Part shown: positions 12,256 through 23,207 of the stretch, piece by piece
How positions within the stretch are numbered: position 1 is the stretch's first letter
How the letters are laid out: every line of letters starts with the position of its first letter
Source of the DNA: Felis catus
Lineage: Eukaryota
DNA length: 64,000 bases
Assembly (NCBI RefSeq): GCF_018350175.1
Contig: NC_058368.1
Span: 104,596,001-104,660,000 of the forward strand
Direction of reading: 5' to 3'
Program-made: the position numbers and the translations under genes
The notes under the pieces: model-generated
Told to the model about the DNA's origin: nothing
The model's input: the letters and a program-made list of their open reading frames with translations, nothing else
Databases searched by the model: none

Positions 12256-13449
12256 GACTTCATTCATGCATATTCGACAGTGGCATCTATGCTTATTTGG
12301 CTTCTCTTACTAAGGACCAGAATGTAGAACAAATGGCATATATTCCCCAAAGTTTTCAAGTCATGTACCTACTTAAAGCAAAGATACCTAGGGAATGTTC
12401 CATATGGTTTTAATTGTACATCATAGCCCTGGCACTTTCGGCCAGAATGACCCATCCACGCCTGTGGCTTCTCTTGCCCATAAAAAAAAGTCTTAAATTC
12501 CAGCTGGTGTCAAGCCTAATGCTCAGGTCACTCCGGAGTGATAACACTGGCTCCCACCCTTTTTAACCCGGACCTTCATTTGGCTTGAACTTATTTCACC
12601 AAGTTTTGGATCCTTGGCTCTCCCTTACTTTTTTTGTCTTAGCAGCAGACCCAGAGATACATCTCTCAGACTCCTTTTGAAGAAAGAATGTGTTGCACAG
12701 CATCAAGGACTGGGCTTAGCTGACTCCCGCTGTTCACCCCTTCAGTCTGCTTCAGCTTTGGGGCTCAGGCCAAACTCTCAGGCCCCCAGGCCTGGCCACT
12801 TCCACCAGTGCTGATCCCTCTAAGTCCACTCTTTGCTCAGCGCCCCTCACTGGGCTGATAGAGACCTTGTCAGCTTGGCATCATGTCACAGGTGTGACAA
12901 CTTCCCATGAGCAATCCTACTCTCTCCTTTTGTTTACACAGTGTCTCTGACCAGTACTGTAAAGATTTTGTCTCCTAGCCATCTTGGAGCCTCTCCCCAG
13001 AGGTCCCAACCAACAGCTCCCACTGCTCAAGTGAGACCTCCCTCTCAACCTAATCCAAGTTCCTGACCCTCAACTGGTGCCTGGCCAAGCCTAGTCTGGT
13101 ACTCAGTGGACATTCACCACAAGAGAGGTGCTTAGTTATACACAGTCACTCAATAAACAAGTGCATGTTGAGTGACCATTGTGTACTTCTATCTTTATAG
13201 GCATAATCACCTCTTCTCAATGTCTGAGATAAAGAAGAAATGTGGCAGATTTATATACCGTGCCTCTATGTAGCCTTTGGTTCCTGTGGTGAATTGTTTG
13301 CTGGAGTTTTAACTTCAGCAATTACATACTGTATTTGAGGATCCTTGGCAGCTGCCTACATAATTACAGTGTTGTAACATAGTGAGGAAAAACAAATGTC
13401 ACCAAAATAAGATAAGAAGTGACTAGCTATGTCTCCGGTGAAAAAACAC

Positions 13450-14355
13450 ACATGAGTCAGCAACAATGAACTAGAGTTCACAAAGTCAATCACATGCTGG
13501 ATACAGAAAAATAAAGAGTAAGACTGATGGTTGGGTTTTGGTTGTTGTTTCTTTTCGTTTGTTTGCTTGTTTATTTTCTAGTTTATTAATACTACACAGA
13601 GTCCTGGGTCTTGATTACAATTTCAAATAGGGAGACAGGCAGTTGTAAACCTGATTTAATTTAATGGGCTCTCTGAAAGCTCCCCATATTTAAATATCCC
13701 TATGTGGAGGGCTTTGGAGTTTTGAAGGAGGACAAGAGGGGAAGGGACTGGTCGTTATTAAATGCGGGACATTTCCTAGAATTACAGGCCTGTGTCATTG
13801 CTTTTTAGATGTGTGTCTAGACATGTGTCAGTGATGATAACAAAGTCTGGCCATCCGAGGGACGGATGAGATCTTTAAGTCTCTGGAGAGGGAGCACCAA
13901 CTGAGAGATGGGGACGATGTCAGAGAAGAAGGAAACGGAAGAGAAATTCAACTTTGATTAGAGTGGACTGGGTACCAAAAAAGAGTCTGGGGAGAGACTA
14001 GAAGTAATTCATAAGGTGGAGGGCTGGGCAATAATCCCAATAAGCTGGGCAATATCTGTGGGATGGGCAGAAAGATTTGAAAAGTGCATTATTAGGTCAA
14101 AGAAAGGAAGTGAGCTCTCAAAGAAACCATGGTGCAAAGCTCACCAGAAAGTAGGCTTCACTTGATGCAGAAAGGGTAACAAGATTAGATCTAAAGTAGA
14201 ATTTCTTGTCAACAAAGACGGACATCATAAATTAATAAGGGAGGTTGTGAGATTCATATTCATTGAGGATAGCTCCAGTATGCCCCTGTTTGAAGTTGAG
14301 AAAACAGGAAGCAACCAGTTTTAAAGCCCTTTTAGCCTCACAATTCTCTGATTTA
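13450..14355 (+). mobile_element. Possible decayed CR1/L3 3' fragments
   Basis: catgagtcagcaac...atcacatgctggatac resembles CR1 ORF2 end; ccctttttagcctcacaattctctgatt resembles CR1 3' terminus. Confidence 0.4.
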
Positions 14356-14802
14356 TGGGGGAAATTAACATCTTTACTCTTTCTATATCATCTACAGTCT
14401 GGTGCATGCAGTCAAGGTCTGAACGTGTAGTTTTCCGAATAACTAGCCTAGAAAGCTGCCAGAGCGCACACACAGTGAGGTGACTCTGTCACCCATGGAG
14501 CAGCTAAAATGACATCAATAAATCATAAAATATGCCCAAGAGGGCATTATAAATCATTTAGAGTTGTTATTAATATTTTAGACATGTTCATTTTTAGCAG
14601 TGTGTCAAATTTTAGTGTTTGCATTCCATTTTAATTCAGCACTTGATAATTGAAATACGAGACTGTTAAAAATGATTTTAGTTTTTTTTTTTCCTAATCA
14701 TTTAAGGATTAAATAGAGTAAGGGAACTGATTGTTGGTAGCTTCATTCTCTCTGCAGTTCCTGCCTGACACCTTGGGCACTGATTCTCTTAGAGTGTGGT
14801 AG

Positions 14803-14914
14803 GGTGATAGCCATTGGTCTTCCGCCATAAGGTCATAGAATGGTGATAGCCATTGGTCTTCCGCCATAAGGTCATAGAATGGTGATAGCCATTGGTCTTC
14901 CGCCATAGAATGGT
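14803..14914. repeat. 39 bp minisatellite, ~3 copies
   Basis: ggtgatagccattggtcttccgccataaggtcatagaat at 14803 and 14842; third copy at 14881 lacks aggtcata. Confidence 0.97.
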
Positions 14915-14996
14915 CAGATGCCCTTCCTGGTAGGTAATTCCGCTTCTGGGCTGTGGAGCTCTCACTGCTCAGGAAATGTAGCAGTGTGGTAGCTGG

Positions 14997-15110
14997 TAAG
15001 ATGACCAGTTCATACCTGGTTATCCAGGACTTCACTAGTTTTAGCACTAAAAGTCTTGAGTTCCAGGAGATACATCAGTCCAGGTCAAACTGGGATGGTT
15101 TGTTATCCAG
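14997..15110. mobile_element. MER81-like hAT-Blackjack MITE
   Basis: taagatgaccag...gttttagcactaaaagtc...tcagtccaggtcaaactgggatggtttgttatcc matches recalled ~114 bp MER81 with decayed TIRs. Confidence 0.75.
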
Positions 15111-15889
15111 GCTTGTCTTGGAATCCAAAAGAATATTCTTTGGCAGTACTGGCGCCAGGAAAAATGGTAGATTCCAGCATATTTATCTTTCCTGCCTTCT
15201 TACATTCTTTCTGTGGCCTGTGGTCCACTCCGTTCTTGATTTCTTTAGTGGCTTTATACCTTGTCAGAGCATGCTGACCAGACTGTCCCCCTGGGGGTAT
15301 CTCCTCTTTAATTAATTATTAAAAGCATATCAAGTTATTGAGAATCTATTTTGTGCCCTGGAGTGTGCTAAGTATTTTATGTTAAAATATCACAAGTCTT
15401 AGGATATCATTATCACAAACATTAGCCTTACATATCAAGAAAGGTCTATGGTCAACTAAATGTGTCTTCCCCTCTTCAAACATCATGCTTTAAAAAAATA
15501 CTGATTTTCTTAATACTTACTGCTTATATAGGACACTTAGGTTCAGAAGATTAAGAAATTAGGCAAAGAACTGAGAACCGGTCATTGGAACCTGTCTGTA
15601 TTCTAACCTATGGGTTTTTCCTGATCAGAATTCGATCCCCTTATGAACTTGCCCATTAATGCATGTGGCTTCAGTGAGTGGATCTCAGCTAATAGATGCT
15701 AATAAATTTGTGATAACTCATACTTCATGAATTATGACTTATCAGCCACCTCCTTCTAGAATACTCATTTTCTTTTAAGAACTAACAGGCAGTTCAGGTA
15801 TCTGCCTTCAGGGGACCAGTGGTGTTTCAGAACGGGGGCTGTGTGGACCAAGTGGCCCCACTTTTCTGAGAGTTGGTGAAGAGTAGAGA

Positions 15890-16420
15890 CTGTATCTGCT
15901 GGAACTCTTGATTGCGAGTGACACAAACCCGACTCCAGCAGGATGAGGGAGAGGGTGGGTGGGGTCACTGGACTGCATAACTGAAAGGTCTAACGGTATC
16001 TCTGGCTTCAGGTGTGGCCGATTCAGGTACTAAACAGCTTCGTCAGGACATTGTGCCTCTTGATGTCTCAGCTCTATTTCCCTCTGGGTTGGCCCCATGA
16101 CAGGCAACTTTTCTCATCACATTGATGGCCGGGAGCCTTCATCTTACATCTCATCGGTTTACCAATATCTCGGAATTTAATCCAGCAGACTGATCTAAGT
16201 CACGTGACCGTCTCCTGGCCTATCACCCGGGGCCAGGAGTGGGGACGGGGGACACACTGCTTGCCTAAGCCCAGGTCACACGTCCCCACTTGGATTTGGG
16301 GAGGGGAGAAAGTCTCATCCGAATCATATGCAAGGAGGAAAGGCGTGCCCTATCCAAGGGAAACTGAGGTATGTTACCAGAAGTGGGAGGAAGAATTCTG
16401 AGCGCGGCGCAGCTAGAGAT
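15890..16420 (-). mobile_element. Old MaLR LTR (MLT1K/L-like)
   Basis: gattgcgagtgacacaaacccgactc...cataactgaaaggtc...ggcttcagg...ccaggtcacacgtccccac. Confidence 0.65.
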
Positions 16421-16599
16421 GATTTAAAGTTGCTACTTAAATTGGGTTGGTTTGAAGATGAAGTGAGAAAATATTTAAAAAGCATTTTATAAACTAAAAA
16501 CTACTGTGCAGTTAAAAAAAATACTTCCCTTTTAATTATAGATGTACCGCTGCACTTGGAGTGTAGAAATGAAAGGCTTTAAAAGCCTGCACTTTGATT

Positions 16600-16929
16600 T
16601 GATTAGATCAGTCTGTATAAACCAATGCAATTAAACCAGCATGCCTCACCGGGGCAGTACAGCTGCGGCAGAGTCTTTGTTTTCTGTTGCCCTCGTGGAG
16701 GAGAGGATCCCAGGAAGGGGAGGGGAGGGGAGGGGAGGGGAGGCGAGGCGAGGGGGGGTCGCGAGAGGGAAGAGAGGCTGTGTAGCCTTGCCTATCGAGA
16801 AAGATCCGAGGTCGACTCAGTATGCTTTCCCCTCATCAGACACCACACGTTAATTTAAAAAGTAAATATTGATCATCTTCGTACAAGTGAAGTTTCTGCG
16901 CAACTGACCGTAGGTGTAATGCGGTAAGT
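16600..16929 (+). promoter_or_regulatory. Candidate promoter and first exon of an unidentified transcript
   Basis: TATAAA 16616-16621, E-box cagctg, (GGGGA)5 16717-16740, raised CpG, splice donor GCG|GTAAGT with GT at 16924. Confidence 0.4.
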
Positions 16930-17050
16930 TTATCACGTATGCGTCAACTTGAAACTAGTATTGAACCTATTTTTTCCCTCGCTTCTGGGAGAGAACTTTG
17001 GTTTTTCCCTCCATTTTTATGCTGTTTAAAACCCTGCACAGCCACTCCCA

Positions 17051-17063
17051 TGACTCAGGAAGT
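17051..17063 (+). promoter_or_regulatory. Adjacent AP-1 and ETS motifs
   Basis: tgactca immediately followed by ggaagt. Confidence 0.3.
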
Positions 17064-18832
17064 TTTTGCTTAGATGTCAAAACCTAGGAAGGCAGTTTTT
17101 CTCCAATTTTATTGGCAGTTCCTTCATGGAACTCCTCAGGAAGAAAGCAAGGTGTGCCCGCGCATACCCGGAGCATTCCCAGGGCGTTTTCTGCTCACAC
17201 TACCTGCCCTGAATTCATCTGGCTTCTAGGAAAAAAAAAAAAAATTCCCTCAGGCCACATGCTGCAGCTATCAGGAGAGAAAGGATCTGTACAATCCTTC
17301 TCCCTCTCAAATCCCATTTATTCATTCTCCTTCACATTAAATGCTCATCTCCACTGAGAGTGTGCTTTAATTAAACCTAGAAACACTTAGAAATGGGAAA
17401 CCTTGATTCCCAAAAAGACACATACAGAAAAGTGCACGGATATGTACATATAATTATACCTTTCGTGGACATTTTATCATAAAAATGTATGTTCATAAAA
17501 ATTTTTTTATAAAAAGAATTGGAAAGAAGATTTACAAATCTCCCACATTCCACCACTTAGGTATCAGCACTATGACTGATGTGAAGCTTCTTCCAGTTTT
17601 TTCAGGGAGGAAAGAGGTCTGGCATTTGCATATTTTCTCATCTGTAAAAGTGAGATCGTGTTAAAGCACATTTATAATCAGCTTCCTTTCACGTAACAGT
17701 ATCTGATTAATATTCTTTTCTACAGCAGTTTGTTTCTTAAAGGAGTGATGTCTTATTTTTTTCGTACTTAAACATCTACTTTAAAGTATCTTGAGCAGAG
17801 CGGCAATTGCTAAATACAAATGTATAGATAATACACACGTCTCTTTGCCTTCGTGTATGGCTGCCCCTGCCAAGAGAGAGGTTTATATTTTAATATTGCT
17901 CTTTTGTAGACAATGCTTTAGTGCAAGCAAATGAATCTAACAATTGGTCCCACGGGGGACATTTTAAAGCAGAGTTCACTTATTTTCATCATGACACATA
18001 GTCTGTCCATCCATTGGCCCATAAAAGTGACCTCGCTCTGAAGAGATACTTACCCCTTCTTTCCCGGTGAATGTTTGTGGAGAGGAAGGAGGAATCAGAA
18101 CCAATATTCATTTTAAATGGCATTGATTAAAGATCTTCCTGCTTATCCTTGGCATTGTATCAATGTCAACTGCACCCTTGAACACAATGCATGACTGGTA
18201 GACCAGTTAGCCCCAATCACGTTTTAAAATGTGTGTTCCTCAATTCAGTTGTCTGTGGCCTGCATTAATGTTAGACTTTGGAAAAGGAGCAGGGAGCCAT
18301 CCCCTATTAGCCTATTTCTGTTTCTTGTGTGTGTCAGAACCTTCCTCGAGGAACAAATATGTATTTTTTTCCTGTGCCAGTATCTTTGTAGGGTTGAAAT
18401 GGCATTTCATCAGCTGAACAATATCATCCTACTTTAGAGTTGAGGAGATATGATGTTTCACTTGGGTAAAACAATACCAAGGATGGTGTTTGGAGGAAGG
18501 AAAGTTGCTGACTGGTAAGAATGGAAATGCCAGCTATCGTCAGACTGAAAGTGAGCCAGAAGGCTAACTTTTAAGAATCGGGGAATGAGCCTGCATCTTT
18601 GATCAGGGGAAGGCAGCGGAGTAGGAACCAGAGTGGCCTCGGGGAAGAACTTTTATCTGAATATTCCCTTACATGCCAGGCAGTTCGATTATGGTATCTA
18701 ACGGGTTGCAGAGGCCATAGCAAAAGCAACATCTGAGGTTCAGGCAAGGTGTCAAGAGGCAAATGTTAGTTAGCAACACATTAATTCCACTTCATACAAA
18801 AAGCTTCAGGTGTGCTAATTCTGATGTCTCAG

Positions 18833-18971
18833 GTGGATCTCATCTGGGACCAGCAGGTGGAAACCTGTGGTGGGAAGCAGTTAGATATGGCTTCCCTGAA
18901 GGATCCTAGCTCAGAACTGTCAAACCTAACTTGACTCCTGGCACGACCAACAAGTTGTAGAAGGAAAAAAG
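18833..18971 (+). other. Candidate non-coding internal exon (139 bp)
   Basis: ctaat...tctcag acceptor, AAG|GTAAGT donor; stops in all three frames. Confidence 0.2.
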
Positions 18972-19329
18972 GTAAGTAATGCCAGGATAATGGATCCATG
19001 GGAAAGCTGAAAACATTTTCAGAATTCCTGTTTCTGCAAGGGCATCATCCATCATGTTTGGTGGGGGGCAGGAGGGGGGGGTGGGTGGTAGGTGGTCTGA
19101 CTACAAAGGCAGTTGGGACCCCATGGAGTATTTTTATGTGCTGAAAAATTTGGATATGTTCTGTGTGTGTGATGGGAGAAGTGTTGAGGTGTGACAAGAT
19201 CGATCCCGCCACGGAGATAGATTATTCGGGTCGGAATATGGGGATCAGAAAGCTGGAGAGGATTAATAAGGAAGCTGAGGAAGCCCATGAGAAGGCTAGG
19301 CCGCTTAAGAAAAAAGGACAAAGATACTT

Positions 19330-19670
19330 GTCGCCGCACTGTTTACAGGGGCAAAACAAACAAATGAAATAATATAAATACCAACCAATAGGAACAGAGC
19401 TCCGTAGTTTTGAAAAAGAATAAAGCAGTTCTCTCGACATGCTGATACGGAATATTCTCCAAGGTCTGTTAAGTGAAAATACCCAGCTACAGAACAGTAT
19501 GTATACTACTCCAAATATTTGAATGAAAATAAAAATGCATGTTTGCCTACAAATAGAGCCTAGTATCAAGGGTAGCTTTGGAGGGAGTCTGGGAAGGGAG
19601 AGGGGCTTATGATTCATTATACAGTCCTTTGTATTGTTTGAATTTTTCATGTGCAAGAATTACAATGTTT
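19330..19670 (+). mobile_element. Old L1 (L1MC/ME-like) 3' fragment
   Basis: gttaagtgaaaa...tacagaacagtatgtata...cctttgtattgtttgaatttt. Confidence 0.55.
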
Positions 19671-21534
19671 ACAAACTTACGGTAAAGTAAGGATAGGAGA
19701 GAGGAGTTTTGGAATTTAGCGGTTCCAAGAGATGCATTTCCCTAAAATCAAATCTCTTAATCGCAGCTACTGGGGTTTCTCATTTAGTATACAGCACCTT
19801 GCACCATTTTTAGGGTGGCGCCTGCCTCTCAGCCCTGTCCCTACCCCCTGCCCACCAGCCAGTCTGCCCGGGTGGGAGATGGCTTACGAGGGAAAGTTAG
19901 AGGAACAAATTGGGACGATGGGCATTCTTCGTAAACCTTGCCCCCTTCACTGACCATTCTATGCTGTGACCTAGAATCCCACCTTCTTTCTTCCCTTAGC
20001 CACACAAGCCAATTTATGGAGATGCGAATAGCTAATAATTTTTACGTGGCACGGGGTTTCAGATGCCAATATTTGATGAATACTGCAAATTTTATTTAAA
20101 AACAGTTGTTATGACAACTGCAGCGAACACTGGGACTTCATGTTGTCAGCGGGGGGGACGACTGCTCTCCCTGCAACCCCTGAGCCCATCCCTTCAAACC
20201 AATGTTGGTTCTTTTGTGGATTTTAAAATTTTAACTCCCGGTTATAATGTGTAAATATGAAACCAAGCTGAGAGCTCACTCCCAGTGGGTTATTCATGTG
20301 CTTGCCTTTTGTCCAAGACACTTCAGTTTTCTCGTGTTGCTCTGAGGCTTTGAAGAAAACAAAAATCCTAGAACTCTGTGGTATAGATTTTCCAGCTCCC
20401 TGAAGCACCCAGAATGGTGGTTGTTTTGTTTTTTTTTTTTCTCGGCCCTTTTGAATCAAGGAAAACAAGCCCCTTTTTTCTTAATATAGTTTTATTCACA
20501 CATCATTAAGCTGATTTACCATATTATGCACCACTGTAGGTTAAGCAATCATGGCTTTCTCTCAACGAGAGAATGAAACAATTATTCTGAGTCTACCATA
20601 ACAAAGAGATTTTGCCCAATTCTGAAAGTACACACCACTGGAGATTTTGTTCAAATCCCTGATTTTATTAAAGTTTACATGAAGGGAGGGGTAGAAATTA
20701 CGTAAATTATAAATACAGCAATGAAATGCTAAATTGTTAAGTAGAAGTGTGTGGTCCTTAGGGCCCAGTTGGCTAACAGAAAGCATCTCTGAGGAGTATT
20801 TTTTACCTGGGGGTTCATTGTTCCGTATGTGACTTTGGAAAGCGCATTTTGTTGACTGGGTTTGCTCTGTTTTGGAACCCCTCGATTCCATTTGTCTTCT
20901 TGAAACACACACGTAATTTTTGTTTTCCCTCGGCGAAGGCTTGAATTTAAAATATTCTATGGTTTTCTCTAACACAACAAAGTGAGAAGGATCAAAAGTG
21001 ATTATCCACTAATGTTTGCCACTCAGAGGCAGGATCAAACACAATAATGAGCCAGCAGCACACCGCACAGTTTGGAGATTAGTAAACAAGAGACCTCCAT
21101 TGCCTTCAGTGAACAATCACCTGGAAGTGGAGACAGTGGCACGTCCTAATCAGTAAAATAAATGACCAGCTGCAAGGTTAAAAGCTCGTCATTCACCGAG
21201 CGTCCTTCGTATATGTGAAAGCATCTGGAAAGTAACCGGCCTCGGTATTAACTACACGCTCATTTGCAAGGCTTGGCAGCCTTTCTCCACTTGACACGTC
21301 CCCCATCACTCATCCCGTGGGCCCGGAGTGAGTAGGCTGTGCTCGGAAAAAGACAGCAAAAGCTGGAATCCAGGCGGATTTTTACCCAATGGATGATTGC
21401 CAGCGGATGCAGAGACACAGAGGAGGACCTTAGAATGTTCAGTCTGTGTGTGCCCTTTTCCAGCTCTTTCAGACCCATCTATTTCCAGCCATCTTTTGAT
21501 TGCTTTTTTGTTTTGTTTTGTTGTTATTTTGTTA

Positions 21535-22435
21535 AAGGTCATCTTTTAAAGAGCAATTTAGGTTCACAGTAAAATCGAGAGGAAGGCACGGAGATTTCCC
21601 ATATACCACCTGCCCCCACACATGGGTAGCCTTCCCCATAATCAACACCCCCCACCTGAGTGGAGCATTTGTGACAGTTGATGAACCTGGGCTGACACAT
21701 CCTAATCACCCAAAGTCTATAGTTTCCCCTGGGGTTCACCCTTGGGGCTGTATATCGTACAGGTTTGGGAAATGTTTAATCGCATATATCCACTATTAGA
21801 GTATCGTACATAGTCGTTTCACTACCTTTGAGTCCTCTGTGCTCTGCCCGTTCATCCCTTCCTCTCCCCTCGTCCCTGGCAACCAGTCATCTTCTATCTT
21901 CATAGTTTGCCTTTTCCGGAATGTCATCTAGTTCGAATCATAGCCTTTGCGGATTGTCTTCTTTCACTTACTAGTATACGTTTAAGTTTCCAACATGTCT
22001 TTTATGGTTTGATAGGTCGTTTATTTTTAGCATTGAGTAGTATCCCATTGTCTGGATGTACTACAGCTTATTTATCCGTTCAGCTATTGAACGTCTTGGC
22101 GGTTATGAATAAAGCTGCTATAAATGTCCTTGTGCACGTTTCTGTGTGTACATAAGTGTGGGCATATAGCAAGGAGCATAACTGAGGGGCCATAGGTGAA
22201 GAATATGTTTGGTTTTATAACCACCGTTGCATTCCCAACAGCAACGAATGAGGATTCCTATTGCTTCACACCCTCACCAGGATTTGGCATTGTCAGTGTT
22301 GTGGAATTTGGTTGTTCCTATAGGAGTGTGATGGTATCTCATTATTGCTTGAATTTGCACTTCCCTGATGATATATCACGGGTAGCATCTTTTTGTGTGC
22401 TTACCGGTCATCAGTTTATCTTCTTTGGTGAGGTG
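21535..22435 (-). mobile_element. L1 3' end (L1MC1-like)
   Basis: gagcaatttaggttcacagtaaaatcgagaggaagg...gatttcccatatacc...taatcacccaaagtc...tatgaataaagctgctataaa. Confidence 0.9.
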
Positions 22436-22992
22436 AAAAGGCAACATGGATATTTCTGTGAATTAACGATTTCCTTTAAACGTCTTCATTTAAAGTGACA
22501 GTACTTATGATACCTGATATTCTCAGTTGCTCTATAAAGGAAAAACTATAGGTTTACAGTCATGTCATGTGGATGCTTACAAAATGTCCCTTTCAAGGGG
22601 GACCCAATCACAAATTGGCAATATATTGCAGAAGAACTTCACATATATTGGAGAGGGGGAAAAAAAAAAGCCTTTCTGGTGAAGTCTGGGAATAGCCTTC
22701 CTGTCAGGAGATAGAGCTCCCATATTATGTTCTATTGATTCTTGGAGCTCATTAGACAATGATATTAACAGCGAATCCTAAGATGTTACCCTATAGAGCT
22801 TTTACCATCCGAAGTAGACGATGGGACCTCCTTAATACCTTCGTACTGCACGTTGCATCAAGTATTGCTCAACAGTTGTAGAAGACAAGCACCTCTGATG
22901 ATGGTCACCTGTGCTTCACCTTTGAGGCTTGACTTCCATAGCTTCCCCCAACCCATGAACCCCTGTAGAATGTATGATATGGATGACTTTCT

Positions 22993-23207
22993 TTTTTTTT
23001 TTTTTTAACGTTTATTTATTTTTGAGACAGAGAGAGACAGAGCACGAATGGGGGAGGGTCAGAGACAGGGAGACACAGAATCCGAAACAGGCTCCAGGCT
23101 CTGAGCTGTCAGCACAAAGCCCGATGTGGGGCTTGAACTCGCAGAGCGCGAAATCATGACCCGAGGCGAAGTCGGCCGCTTAACCGACTGAGCCACCCAG
23201 GCGCCCC
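22993..23207 (-). mobile_element. CAN-SINE (SINEC_Fc-like), young
   Basis: Perfect 17 bp TSD gatatggatgactttct (22976-22992, 23208-23224). Confidence 0.97.

Noticed and set aside
14709..15047. 112 aa ORF with MAEDQWLSPFYDL repeats; repeat array as possible CRISPR
   Set aside because: The 39 bp unit is a multiple of 3, explaining the peptide repeat; the ORF overlaps MER81; there are no spacers or cas genes and the DNA is mammalian
18849..18862. CTCF-like ccagcaggtgg
   Set aside because: Lacks the conserved following C; a partial match alone is uninformative
19163..19372. 69 aa charged ORF (KLERINKEAEEAHEKARPL)
   Set aside because: No recognisable homology, no clear splice sites, runs into an old L1 fragment
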